Assembly (NCBI GenBank): GCA_050250895.1
Contig: JBFWNU010000005.1
Location: 32,001-96,000, forward strand
From: Vulcanimicrobiota bacterium
GTDB lineage: Bacteria > Vulcanimicrobiota > Xenobia > Xenobiales > JADMJV01
Reading direction: 5' to 3'
Length of the DNA stretch: 64,000 nucleotides
The first letter of the stretch is position 1. Each line of letters begins with the position of its first letter. Positions 45,491 to 56,100 of the stretch are shown piece after piece. A program made the position numbers and the translations under genes. The notes beneath the pieces were generated by a model, which was not told where the DNA came from, searched no databases, and was given only the letters and a program-made list of their open reading frames with translations.

Positions 45491-47018
45491 GCGCTGGCTG
45501 CTCATACTGATGGCGATGTTCGCTCTGGCGCTGGGGGTGGGGGCCGAAGACAATCCTACCATCGTAGTGGCCAGCAAGACCTTCGCCGAGTCTCGCATTC
45601 TGGGCGAGATCATGGCCCAGCTGATCGAGTCCCAGACCGACCTGCGGGTGGAGCGAAAGTTAGGGCTGGGCGGCACCATGATCTGCTTTGAGGCTTTGCG
45701 TAAAGGCGAAGTCGATGTCTACGCCGAGTACTCCGGCACCGGCCTGGTAACCATTCTCAAGAGAGAGCCCGTCAAAGAGCCTCTCAAAGCCTACGTACAG
45801 ACCGCTCGGGGCTTTCGCAACCAGTATGATCTCATCTGGCTGGCTCCCTTTGGCTTCAACAATACCTATGTGCTGGTGATGCCCGAAAAGGTCATCCAAC
45901 AGACCGGTTTTCAGCGGGTGTCTGACCTCTCGGATACGGACTTTCCCGTAGACGGAGGCTTTACCCACGAGTTTCTCCAGCGGCCCGACGGTTGGCCCGG
46001 GTTGAGCAAGACTTATGACCTTGATTTTCCGGTGCGAGGGGTCGAACATGCCCTGGCTTATCAGGCCATCCAGGGCGGTAGCATCAACGTCATGGATGCG
46101 TTCTCTACCGATGGCAAGCTGCTTCGCTTTCACCTGATTCCGCTCGAAGACGACCAGAATTTCTTTCCTCCCTACCAGGCCTGTCCGGTGGTGCGCCGCG
46201 AGACTCTCGAGGCCCACCCCGAGTTGCGACAGGCTCTCAACAGCCTGGCTTTTCGCATCGACGACCAGACCATGCAACGATTGAACTACCAGGCCGAAGA
46301 AGAGGGCAAGAGCTTCCCCGCGATCGCTTCGGATTTTCTCGAGGAGATGGGCCTGCAGGCCCCGCCTAAACAGACCGCAGCCACAGGGCGAGGCTTCTGG
46401 CAACTGCTCTTGAGCCGCCACATGGGCTCGCTGTTGCTCGAGCATCTCGGCCTGACGCTGGTGGCCGCCGGCCTGGCTACCCTGGTGGGTGTTCCCGTCG
46501 GGATCTTTATCACCCGCAAAGAACGGCTGGCCCAGCCGGTGCTGACCGCCACCGGTGTCATCCAGACCATCCCCAGCCTGGCTCTGCTGGCCTTTCTCAT
46601 TCCCATTCCTTTTCTCGGTTTGGGAGCGACCTCGGCCATCGTGGCTCTGTTTCTGTATGCCCTGCTGCCGATCGTGCGCAACACCTACACCGGCATTCGC
46701 GAAGTCGATCCCAATTTGATCGAGGCCGCGCGGGGCATGGGCCTGCGCGAGTCGCAGATCCTCTGGAAGGTGCAGCTGCCCCTGTCCGTGCGAACCATCA
46801 TGGCCGGCGTGCGGACTTCGACCGTCATCGGGGTGGGCGTCGCCACCCTGGCGGCCTTCATCGGAGCGGGTGGTCTGGGGGAGCCCATCATTACCGGCCT
46901 GCAGCTTAGCGATAACTTGATGATTCTTTCGGGAGCCCTGCCGGCCGCCGGACTGGCCCTGTTCTTCGAGGCAGCCCTCGGCCAGCTCGAGGTGGTGCTG
47001 GCCCCTCGTGCGGCTTAG
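45480..47018 (+). CDS. Fused glycine betaine/osmoprotectant substrate-binding and permease protein
   Basis: SKTFAES, YAEYSGT, GFNNTY, LEDDQNFFPPY; IQTIPSLALL, EAARGMG. Confidence 0.9.
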   Translation: MPFRRWLLILMAMFALALGVGAEDNPTIVVASKTFAESRILGEIMAQLIESQTDLRVERKLGLGGTMICFEALRKGEVDVYAEYSGTGLVTILKREPVKEPLKAYVQTARGFRNQYDLIWLAPFGFNNTYVLVMPEKVIQQTGFQRVSDLSDTDFPVDGGFTHEFLQRPDGWPGLSKTYDLDFPVRGVEHALAYQAIQGGSINVMDAFSTDGKLLRFHLIPLEDDQNFFPPYQACPVVRRETLEAHPELRQALNSLAFRIDDQTMQRLNYQAEEEGKSFPAIASDFLEEMGLQAPPKQTAATGRGFWQLLLSRHMGSLLLEHLGLTLVAAGLATLVGVPVGIFITRKERLAQPVLTATGVIQTIPSLALLAFLIPIPFLGLGATSAIVALFLYALLPIVRNTYTGIREVDPNLIEAARGMGLRESQILWKVQLPLSVRTIMAGVRTSTVIGVGVATLAAFIGAGGLGEPIITGLQLSDNLMILSGALPAAGLALFFEAALGQLEVVLAPRAA

Positions 47019-48871
47019 GGTTGGTGCGTGTGGGCGGTGTGCCAGGTCTCGACAAAGGGATAGGCGTCGCGGTTAAAGTCTACCCCCACCTGATAGTCGA
47101 ACGTGCCGGGATGGGCCCCGACGAGAAAGCGACCTGCCTTGTTCTCTAGCGGAATGATCTTGGCCCCAGCGTTCTTGCGCACTCGCGCAACCAGATGCCA
47201 GCCATCGGGAACAGTGCGGTCGGGACGAACCTCGAGCCACACCCCCTGCTCGTCTTGCACGACGGTGGTGGCCAGGCGAGGAAGGCGTGCCAGGAAGTCC
47301 GCCTCCTCGGATTCGAGCTGCTTGAGTCGGCGGAGCCAGGCGGCTCGGACTCGTTCGAAGCTGAACTCCTCGGCCTGCAGGGTGTCCTGCCAGAACACCA
47401 CCGGATCGTTGAGCTCGGGGGCGTCGGCTCGGCCGATGGAGTGATAGACTCGACCCGGTGCCGTGGGTCCGTAGAGGTCGACCAGGGCGGCGACCCACAG
47501 TTCTCCCAGGGTGTAAAGGGCGCCCTCGTCGAGCCGCAGCTTGAACTGCTCGGGGTCGGTCAGGTCGGTGAACTTGAGGTGATGACGACTCCAGAGGGCC
47601 ACCGCGTGTTGGCGCGAGGCTCGGCGGCTGCGCTTGCTGGTGATATTCTCGAAAGCAGCGAACTCCGAGCTGCCCTCGCAGAAGAACGAAGCCGCGGCCG
47701 CATAGTCTTGCAAGCGCTGCCCGGCGATGCGGTGGGCCAGCACGTGGCAGGTCTCGTGGAAGAGAACATGCTCGAGCAGGCTGGGGTCGCCGTCCTGGGT
47801 GATGTCGACCCGCATCTTGCCCTTGGAGGCGATGCCCAGATGAGCGTAACTGACATCGGTAAGGTCGGCCACGATGGGAGGCCCGGACGGAGCCGCCAAC
47901 ACTTCCACGGCCCGCTCATAGATTCGATCGGCCGAATCGGCCAGTTGAACAGCCCGGCTTCGCAGGTTGACGGGAAAGGTGAATTGATAGTGGCTGGTGC
48001 TCAGGCGGGCTGTTTGAAAAGACTGAAACGTCTCGGTCTCTTCCTCGGGCGCGTCCCCGCCCATCAAGGCGATGCTCAGCAGGATCACGATCAGAAAGCC
48101 GGTGCAACCCAGGGCGAAGCGCCCGGGCAAGGCCCGAGCTGCGTCTTCGTAAGCGCGGGTGGCCTGACCGCCGCGGCCGCTCCAGAGCCGCTCGGCCATG
48201 ACCAGGCAGACGAGCGCCGCGGCCAGGTGATAGAACACGTCAGACCAGGCCACCTCCAGGTAGACTCCGTAGTAGCGGGCCGCGCCCAGCCGGGTGGGAT
48301 CCAGCCAGATCAGTTTGGGGGCGATAGTCTCGAAGCGAGTGACCAGCCAGGCCAGGGCCGCCCACACCAGCAGGCCGTAGTTGCGTCCAAACGAGAGCAA
48401 GAGCCCGTGGGCGAGCCCCAGACCCGCCACCAGCGCCCACAGGCAAGCGATCGTGAGGGCCGTAGCCAGGCGAAACTGAGCGAAGCCCATCGAGTCGTTG
48501 CTGGCCAGATGGAGGCCGAAATAGAACAGCTGGGTGAAGGTAACCACGGCCAGGATCAACAGCTGGGCCGCCGACCACTTGGCCGCAAAGATGCCGCGCC
48601 GGCTAATGGGCAGAGTATGCAAGAAGGCGATGGTGCCGTCTTCATATTCGCGCGGAAACAGGCAGAAGGCGAGCGAGAAACCGAAGAGATAGTGGAAGAA
48701 CGAGAGGCTGCGCGAAGAGTCTGGCTTGAGAACATCCAGCATGTCGGTCCAGCCCATCTGGTCGATGGGGGCAACCAGCAAGGCCATGACTCCGTCGAGC
48801 AGAAAGAGCGACAGGAACAGCAGCGCCACCGGCAACAGCTGGGCCAACTCTTTGCGGACCAGCGAACTCAT
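47015..48871 (-). CDS. ABC-2-type permease fused to a gluzincin-like metallopeptidase domain
   Basis: LVRKEL, E.EDGTIAFLHTLPISR..I..AK; HETCH plus downstream FCEGSSEF. Confidence 0.75.
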   Translation of the reverse strand: MSSLVRKELAQLLPVALLFLSLFLLDGVMALLVAPIDQMGWTDMLDVLKPDSSRSLSFFHYLFGFSLAFCLFPREYEDGTIAFLHTLPISRRGIFAAKWSAAQLLILAVVTFTQLFYFGLHLASNDSMGFAQFRLATALTIACLWALVAGLGLAHGLLLSFGRNYGLLVWAALAWLVTRFETIAPKLIWLDPTRLGAARYYGVYLEVAWSDVFYHLAAALVCLVMAERLWSGRGGQATRAYEDAARALPGRFALGCTGFLIVILLSIALMGGDAPEEETETFQSFQTARLSTSHYQFTFPVNLRSRAVQLADSADRIYERAVEVLAAPSGPPIVADLTDVSYAHLGIASKGKMRVDITQDGDPSLLEHVLFHETCHVLAHRIAGQRLQDYAAAASFFCEGSSEFAAFENITSKRSRRASRQHAVALWSRHHLKFTDLTDPEQFKLRLDEGALYTLGELWVAALVDLYGPTAPGRVYHSIGRADAPELNDPVVFWQDTLQAEEFSFERVRAAWLRRLKQLESEEADFLARLPRLATTVVQDEQGVWLEVRPDRTVPDGWHLVARVRKNAGAKIIPLENKAGRFLVGAHPGTFDYQVGVDFNRDAYPFVETWHTAHTHQP

Positions 48872-50736
48872 CAGGGAACCACCCATCGGCCGGCCACCAG
48901 GCGGACCGGGCAGCCAAGCTCGGGAACATCCACCTCGAGAGCGCAGAAGATGCGCTCTCCGCTGGTATAACGCGAGTCGAGCTGAAACTTCTCTGAGCCT
49001 CGACAGAAGTGTTCTTCGCGCAGCAGCTTCGAGGCCGGCAGATAGGCGTCATAGGGTCCCACCTCGGCGTGGACCAGGGCACACGCCAGCGCTTGCTGGC
49101 TGGGTACGTCAAAGGCGTAGTGGATGGCATCCCCCCTCACTTCGAGCCGGCCTTGAAAAGAGTCCAGGCGGGTCATCAAGTCCGCGTTCTGGCGGCGCCA
49201 GTGCTCCATCTGCTCGGCCCAACCGCTCACGAACTCGGGCCAGGGGACTCCGCAGACTTTTTGGAAGCGCTTGGGAAACGGATAGAACCACTCGCGAACG
49301 GTTTGCCGCGAGTCGCTGGGCGAAACCTGGGTATAGAGGCTGCGGGCCAGCTCGAGCACGGCTTCGCGCCCGCGGGTCTGCTCGAGATAGAGCACCCCGG
49401 AATAGGCCAGGGCTTCGGCCAGGCGATCACCCAACCGGTCGGTGCTCAGGCCCCAGTCTCGCACTTGCTCGGCGGTCAAGCGGCCGCCCCGGATGGCGAA
49501 GAGAGCTCTCGGGATCAGCGCGGGGGTGGCCGCTTCGCGTTCGACCCACCAGCGGCCGAAACCGTCGAGAAACCAGTGGCGATTCTCGAGATAGGCGCGA
49601 CCTTTGGTGTGATTGCTGAGCACGTCGTGCAGACAGCGTGAGGCAAAGCCCCGCTGGTCGAAGTCGGGAGCCTCGAAATTGCAGCGGAGCAGGACTCCTT
49701 CGTTGTCGGGAAGGCTGCCTTCGTCGAAGGTCTGGCCGTCGAGGGTCGGATCGCAGATCACCCGCAGGGGTGGCCACTGGTCCACCGCCAGAGTGGTTTG
49801 CAACTGGCTCAACTGTTCCTCGAGAAAGACCATCAGGCGATGGGCGGCCGGTGAAGGTTGGTCGTCCAGGCAAAGAATGTGAAGCGGTACCTTCTGGCTG
49901 GTCAGCACCCCTTCTTTGCCCAGGTCATAGGGGGGCTTGGCCTTTTTGGCGTCATAGATGGTGGTTGCGAACATGCCGAGCACGATCAGCAGGGCGGCCA
50001 GGCATTTTTCCTTTTGCGAGAGCCGTCCTGCCATGGTCTCGGCCAGCGAGCCCTCTTTCCAGGTGCCGGCCAGCCAGGCCGCCGCCGCGAACACCACCGT
50101 CAGAAACAGACTCTCGCCCAGCTCCTTCCAGGGTAAGAGATTGCGCTCGAACGGCATCTCGGTCGGAGAGATCAGAGCCAGCGGACCGAACTTCCATAGA
50201 TCGAGTTCGGTGGTGCCGGCGAGAGTCAACAGCCCGATCAGAAAACCGAGGTAGAGCGGCGTTCGAAAGCGTCCCGCAAACCCCATCAGAAAGCAGAAGC
50301 TCCATAAGAAGGCCACGTAGGCCAGGGTGCGCAGGCTCAAAAGCCCGGCGAACCGCCAGCCCACCGGTTCGCCCCGCAAGGCCAGCACGATTCCCAGGCA
50401 GACCGCCGCCAGCCCCGCCAGCGCGAGCACGCAACAACCCAGCCCGAATTTGATGGTCACCATCCGGCCTCGGCCGATGGGAAGCGTCTCTAGAAAGAGC
50501 TGGGTTCGGCCGTGGTACTCGACCACCACCAGCCGGTGAGCGCAAAAGAAGGCGGCTAACGGGATGTAGGCCAGCAAAAAGGAGGGGATCAGCTCCAACA
50601 TGCTGGTTTTGTTCTCGGAGGCCGCATGACCCAATGCCTGCAAACCCAGCATCAGCCCCAACCCGACCAGCAAGCCGAGCGCCGCCCAGCCGTGATGGAG
50701 CAGTTCTTTGTAGAGCAGGGCTCGGACCTGACGCAC
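48871..50736 (-). CDS. ABC-2-type permease fused to a degenerate peptidase-like domain
   Basis: LLYKEL, EYHGRTQLFLETLPIGR; HDVLS / WFLDG in place of HExxH / F.EG. Confidence 0.72.
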   Translation of the reverse strand: MRQVRALLYKELLHHGWAALGLLVGLGLMLGLQALGHAASENKTSMLELIPSFLLAYIPLAAFFCAHRLVVVEYHGRTQLFLETLPIGRGRMVTIKFGLGCCVLALAGLAAVCLGIVLALRGEPVGWRFAGLLSLRTLAYVAFLWSFCFLMGFAGRFRTPLYLGFLIGLLTLAGTTELDLWKFGPLALISPTEMPFERNLLPWKELGESLFLTVVFAAAAWLAGTWKEGSLAETMAGRLSQKEKCLAALLIVLGMFATTIYDAKKAKPPYDLGKEGVLTSQKVPLHILCLDDQPSPAAHRLMVFLEEQLSQLQTTLAVDQWPPLRVICDPTLDGQTFDEGSLPDNEGVLLRCNFEAPDFDQRGFASRCLHDVLSNHTKGRAYLENRHWFLDGFGRWWVEREAATPALIPRALFAIRGGRLTAEQVRDWGLSTDRLGDRLAEALAYSGVLYLEQTRGREAVLELARSLYTQVSPSDSRQTVREWFYPFPKRFQKVCGVPWPEFVSGWAEQMEHWRRQNADLMTRLDSFQGRLEVRGDAIHYAFDVPSQQALACALVHAEVGPYDAYLPASKLLREEHFCRGSEKFQLDSRYTSGERIFCALEVDVPELGCPVRLVAGRWVVP

Positions 50737-51590
50737 TAGCTGTGGGTGACCATCTCCACGAAGATGTCCTCGAGGCTGAGTTCTTCCAATCCCTCGAGGT
50801 TCGCGAACACCGAGGGGTCGAGGGTCCGCAAGACGACCTGCCGTTCTCCTTCGCGGATACGGTCGGTGTAGACGGTGAAGTCCGCGAAGGTCGTCTCGTC
50901 CTCGGCCGGCAGTCTGAGCATGCGAACCTGCGAGCGCAGCTCTGCGAGGCTGCCCTCATAGGCCATCTGGCCGCCCTCGATGATGCCCAGGCGGTGGGCC
51001 ACGCGTTCAACCTCTTCTACCAGGTGCGAAGAGAAGAGCACAGTATGGCCGTCGTCACGGGTTTGCTCGCGGACGATTTCGAGAAATTCTCGCCGGGCCA
51101 CCGGGTCCAGACCGGCCGTCGGTTCGTCCAGCACCAGCAGGGGAGGCTTGTGGGCCAGGGCCAGAGCCAGCGCCTGTTTGGCTTTCATTCCCCCTGAAAA
51201 GGTGCCGATGGGGCGCTCGGCCGGCAACTCCATGGTCTGGACCAGACGAGCGTACTCCTCGTCGTTCCAGGTGGGGTAAAATCCGCGCACGAACCGGCCG
51301 ATAGAATGGGGTGTCATCCAGGGATAGAAATTCTGCTCCTGGGCCACATAACCGATGCGTTGGCGCAACTCGGTGTCTTGACTCGACATGGGCTGACCAA
51401 ACAGCTCGACAGTGCCAGCCCCGATTTCAAGAATACCCACCAGGATGCGCAGGGTGGTGGATTTGCCAGCGCCGTTTCGCCCCAGAAATCCATAGACCTG
51501 ACCGGCCTCGACACTCATGTCCAGACCCTTGAGCACCTGCACGCGTCCGTAGGCCTTGTTGAGTTGCCGAACTGCCACCACCATGGCCAA
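50736..51590 (-). CDS. ABC transporter ATP-binding protein (ABC-2 exporter type)
   Basis: GRNGAGKST, FSGGMK, LDEPTAGLDP, SSH. Confidence 0.93.
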   Translation of the reverse strand: MAMVVAVRQLNKAYGRVQVLKGLDMSVEAGQVYGFLGRNGAGKSTTLRILVGILEIGAGTVELFGQPMSSQDTELRQRIGYVAQEQNFYPWMTPHSIGRFVRGFYPTWNDEEYARLVQTMELPAERPIGTFSGGMKAKQALALALAHKPPLLVLDEPTAGLDPVARREFLEIVREQTRDDGHTVLFSSHLVEEVERVAHRLGIIEGGQMAYEGSLAELRSQVRMLRLPAEDETTFADFTVYTDRIREGERQVVLRTLDPSVFANLEGLEELSLEDIFVEMVTHS

Positions 51591-51699
51591 CGTCTTTCGC
51601 GGCCATGGCCGATCGAACCTACGGGGATGGGGGGGAGGCTATCCCCGGGGGGGACGCCGTGGTCGGGCTCGGCCCCTAGAATAGAATCAGGAGGCGAAC

Positions 51700-52011
51700 A
51701 TGAAAAAGTTGATTTTGTTGATGGTATTGCTCCTGGCCGGCTCGGCCTGGGCGATTGACGTGGAGTTTCCTTATCCCGATGAAGGCATGGTCTTCTTCGA
51801 GGCGCAGGCGGCTGCCATAGACACTCCGGTCAGCTATCCGCCCAACGCCGTCTTCTGGCAAAACGACCGCGGTAAGGCCCAGCAGGCCGTGAACAGGGCC
51901 TTTCCCCCCAACGCGACCAAGGTTCAGAAGGTGACCTTGACCCACAGTCGGGGGCCGGTGACCTACGAGCAGGTTTTGCGTCAACTCGAGCCGGAACTGG
52001 TGGAACGCTAA
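51700..52011 (+). CDS. Small secreted hypothetical protein
   Basis: AGGAGG RBS; signal peptide ending AWA. Confidence 0.75.
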   Translation: MKKLILLMVLLLAGSAWAIDVEFPYPDEGMVFFEAQAAAIDTPVSYPPNAVFWQNDRGKAQQAVNRAFPPNATKVQKVTLTHSRGPVTYEQVLRQLEPELVER

Positions 52012-52084
52012 TCCAAGCCTGTTACCACCGATTGGCTTACTTGGCCTCGGCATGGACCTGGCCGACTGAATCCCCGGCCGGCGA

Positions 52085-52215
52085 ATCCGATGGGACCCCG
52101 CGAGATACCCGAGCCACCAGTATAGCTTCTTCGCTGACTTCGATCTCGGTGGTGACGCTGCGACGGTCGAGGCCGTCATACTCGAACTCGCTTCGGTGGG
52201 CGCCCATCACGATGG
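52085..52215 (-). pseudogene. Degenerate Rhs core remnant (internally deleted duplicate)
   Basis: 52138-52215 nearly matches 53858-53935; 52111-52131 matches 53820-53840. Confidence 0.7.
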
Positions 52216-52467
52216 GGAACCCCGGTGAGTCTTCCGGGCCCGAGGTGAGCTGTCGGCCCGGGAGCGCTCGTTCGTGCGCAGTTATCTCAGTTCGATGTGG
52301 TCTGAGAACTGCGCCCGCGCGCGTTTCCGTCACGCCTACCCCCTGCTCCTTGCAGTCTTTGCTCACGTCCCGCGTCGCTGGTGAGCGCCCTTGGGCAAAG
52401 GGCGCGACAGCGCCCCGGTGACGTTTCAGCGAGGCCGTGAGAATAGGAACCAATCGAGGAATGAGCG

Positions 52468-53145
52468 CTATCCCTCATCAATGAGTTCCCGAATCATCGA
52501 GTACAGTTCGTCTTCGTTCCAGCCAGAATAGCCCTTGATGTCTACTAGAGCTGGGTTGGCCAACCTTTGAGCGTGTAACTCTTGGAGTCTTTCAACCCTA
52601 CTCAGTCCCTCTGGAAGCTCTTCCTGTCTCTTGCGAACGCTGTCCACAAAGCGATCCATGGTAGCCTTCGAGAGCTTGCTGATCATTAGACTCTCCACGG
52701 CCTCAATAGCTAGACCGGCGTTCTCGATCTCCGCTTTATGGCGCAATAAGACGACCTCGAGGGAATCCAACCAATCTGGGGATGCCAAGACTCTGTCAAC
52801 GTTCCTTAGAAAGTCCGACCGGTCCTCGAACTCTCTCTTCGATGTTTCAGTTCTTAGCCTTCTGCTTGCAGAGAGAACGCTTCTCGCTAGAAGTTTGAGA
52901 GATTCAGGAAAAGCCTCATTTGTGGCTAGTAACTCCGTCCACACAGCGACCTGATCGAATCTCGTGTCGTAATCGCCGGAAGACCAGTATGGGTCAGACG
53001 GTTCGTCTCTAACGATCGCCTCGTAAAGAGTCGATGTGATTACGAGTTCCTCCAATTCTGTCCCGCTCCCGGATTCCGCCATAGCCTGAACGGCTCGGAC
53101 TAACTGCCAGCCAAAAGACTCGTATTGATTCTTGAGGGACCTCAT
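52468..53145 (-). CDS. Putative immunity protein of the Rhs toxin
   Basis: ATGA overlap with the Rhs stop, GAGGAGG RBS, low-GC codon usage. Confidence 0.65.
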   Translation of the reverse strand: MRSLKNQYESFGWQLVRAVQAMAESGSGTELEELVITSTLYEAIVRDEPSDPYWSSGDYDTRFDQVAVWTELLATNEAFPESLKLLARSVLSASRRLRTETSKREFEDRSDFLRNVDRVLASPDWLDSLEVVLLRHKAEIENAGLAIEAVESLMISKLSKATMDRFVDSVRKRQEELPEGLSRVERLQELHAQRLANPALVDIKGYSGWNEDELYSMIRELIDEG

Positions 53146-56100
53146 GGGTTATTCCTCCTCGGTATCTTGATCCCGAGTCGACAGAGAGTATACAAGAAGT
53201 CGCAGGCCGCAAGTTTTGTGTCAGTATTTTCAGAAAGCATCCAAGCGCCCTCAGAGACTGCCGCTATCTCGGCGGCCAACTCGAGATTGTTTTTCAGTAT
53301 GGCTTCCGCGATCGTTGTAGTTCCCCAATGAAGTAGGGAGTCCCAAACAGCCTGTTCCTTTCGTACCTTTCTCAAGCACCTTTGATATTGCATAGAACAG
53401 TCATCTTGGCATTCCAACCCCGCTGGATCCACCCAGTTTATCGGGTTCCCACCCACATAGGCATACAGGTTCAACCCACCCTCGTAGCCTATCGGGTCCC
53501 GCGAAATGAACCTGCCCAAGGTGGCGTCGTAAACTCGGTAGGTGGCCAGGTCCAGACCCGTCAGTTCGTGGTGGAAGAGGCCGGCGTAGCCGAAATCGCT
53601 GTCGGCATCTCCGGCTACCTTGGTCCGCTCGCCGTAGATGGTGTAGCGGTAGTCGGCTACGGTGTTGCCGTTCTCGTCGAGCAGCGAGCGGACCGAGCCG
53701 AGGTGGTCGGTGGTGTAGAAAAGCTTGGCGCCGTTGTCGATGACGCCCTGGCCGAAGTAGCGCTTCGTGATCGGGAAGTCTTGCACCAGACCATCGCGCT
53801 CGCACACGATGGCCCCACCGAGCCACCAGTATAGCTTCTTGGACACAATCACGCCGTCTTCGATCTCGGTGATGACACTGCGACGGTCAAGGCCGTCATA
53901 CTCGAACTCGCTTCGGTGGGTGCCCATCACGATGGCCGTGACCCGGCCCTGACCGTCCCACTCGAACAGTTTGCCGTCGAGCTCGGTGGTCTGCCCTTTG
54001 GCGTCATAGACCTTGGTTCCGGGGGAGACCACCTGGTTGTTGGAGTTATAGCCGAAGTCGGTGGTGACGCCGGCCACCGTCATGCTGGTGATGTTGCCGG
54101 CATCGTCGAAGTCGTAGCTGGCATAGGGCGTCTGGTTGAGGTTGACGCCCACCAACCGGCTGAGGTTGTCGTAGCTATAATTGTAAGTTTCCGTGGTTAC
54201 CGTGCCGGTTCCTCCGCCGCCGGTGTCATCATCGTCCCAGCCGCTGTCCCATTCCCAGAGACAGCTGAGGAACTCGTAGATCGCTCGGGAAGCCCGCCTC
54301 CGTTCCCGGCGAAGTTCGCACTCGAGGTCCGATTCGTCTTCGTCGTGGTCGCAGTCGTCGTGACCGTGGCCATGGTTGTTGTTGGCGTTGTTTCCGTGAC
54401 CGTGGTTCCCGTTGTGGCTGTTCCCGTGGTGACCGTTGTTGCCCTGGTGGTTGTTAGCCTGGTGACCATTGTTGCCGTGATGGCCGTTATTACCATTGTG
54501 GCCACTATTTCCGTGGTGGCCACTGGCACCATGGTGACCGTTGTGACCGTTATTCCCGTGGTGACCATCCCCATGGTGACCGTTGCTGCCATGATGGCCA
54601 TTGCCGTGGTGACCGTGTCCGTGGCCGTGGCCATCACACTGGTCGTCGTCATCGTCATCGTCATCGTCGTCGTCATCCCCGCCCCCGCCTCCGGGGTCGG
54701 CGGCGCCGCCCAGGCTCTGGACCATCTGGGTGATCCGGCCGATGGGATCGTAGGTGTAGTCGAACTGGCTCAACACGGCGCCGTTGCGCAGGTTCATGAT
54801 TTGCAGCAGGCGCCGGTCGCCCTGGTTGGTGTCGTAGCTATAAGCCATATTGGGCCCGACCGTCGAGGTCACGCCGGTGACCTGGCCGGTGGTGCCGAGA
54901 TAGGTCATCTGGAACGTGTCCAGAGCATTGGTGGTGGAAGTCGGCCGCCAGAGCTGGTCATAGATCACGCTCTCGGGGCTGCCGTTGATGATGCTGCCGC
55001 TCGGCCGCCCGGCCACGTCATAGGAGAACGCGGCCAGGTCGCCATAGGGGCCGCTGATCGAGGCGACCTGGTTGGCCCCCAGGCTACCCACCGGCACATA
55101 GTTGAGAGTGGTGGTTCCCTGGCCGTCGGTCATGCTCAACGGGCGCGACAGGAAAGAGTCCTGAGTGAAGGTTACCGCTGGCGTGCCGTCGCTGTAGGTC
55201 ACGCTCTTGAGCATGTTGTCCAGGAAGTAGTCGTAGGTTTTGGTGTGCCCCAGCGCGTCGGTGACGGTGCTCAGCCGACCGCAGCAGGGCTGGTAGCTCA
55301 CCGTCTGGGTGGCGCCATCGGGATAAGTCTTGCTCAGCAGGCGCTGTTGGATATCGTATTGGAAGGTGGTGGCGTTGCCGTTGGGGTCGGTCAGCCCGGA
55401 AGGGGCGTTCTCGAGACCGTAGGCCAGCGAGGTGATGCCGCCGTTGGGATCGATGACCGAGGTGACGCGCTGCAAGGCGTCGTGATGGATCTGGGTGATG
55501 CGGCCGATGCGGTCCTGCGTCCGGAACAGATCCAGGCGGTCATAGGTCAGGCTGTCGGTGGTGCCGTCAGGATACTGGACGCTGACGGGACGATCGAAGT
55601 CGTCATACTGGACCTCGACGGTATAGCCTTCGGAATCGGTGGCCGAGGCCACTCGCTCGGCCGAGTCGTAAGCAAATGTGGTCTGCTTGCCCAGTGGTTG
55701 GGTGATCGAAGCCAGGTTGCCCGAACTGGTGTAGGTGTAGTTCGTGGTCTCGCCCAGCGGGTTGGTGGCGGAGAGCATCAGGCCGCGGGCGTCATAAGAG
55801 AACGAACTGCTCTGCCCGGCAGCGTCGGTGAGGTTGGTGATGTTGTGGTTGGCATCGTAGGATGCGGTGAAGAGCGTCTGCCCACCCACCGAGGCACTGG
55901 TGAGATCGATGCCGTTGGCGTCATAGGTGTAATCGTAGACGCGGCCCTGAGGGTCGATCATCTGGGTGACATTGCCCCGGGTGTTGTATTGGTAGCGCGT
56001 GACCTGGGAACTGCCGTCCCCCAGGACCTGGCCCACATGGGTGACGTTGGAGTCACCGGCGAAGATCGTGTTGTACATCGGGTGGCCGTTGGGCGGGTAG

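Noticed and set aside
51620-51660. G-rich tract, possible G-quadruplex
   Set aside because: The G runs are irregular and can pair with the adjacent CCCC; unremarkable at this GC content.
52037-52453. 138-aa ORF as a real gene
   Set aside because: It is a chance frame running through the Rhs remnant and non-coding DNA.
54340-54680. Short tandem repeats as a possible CRISPR array
   Set aside because: They are codon-level repeats encoding H/G/N/D within the Rhs ORF; there is no repeat-spacer structure and no cas genes.
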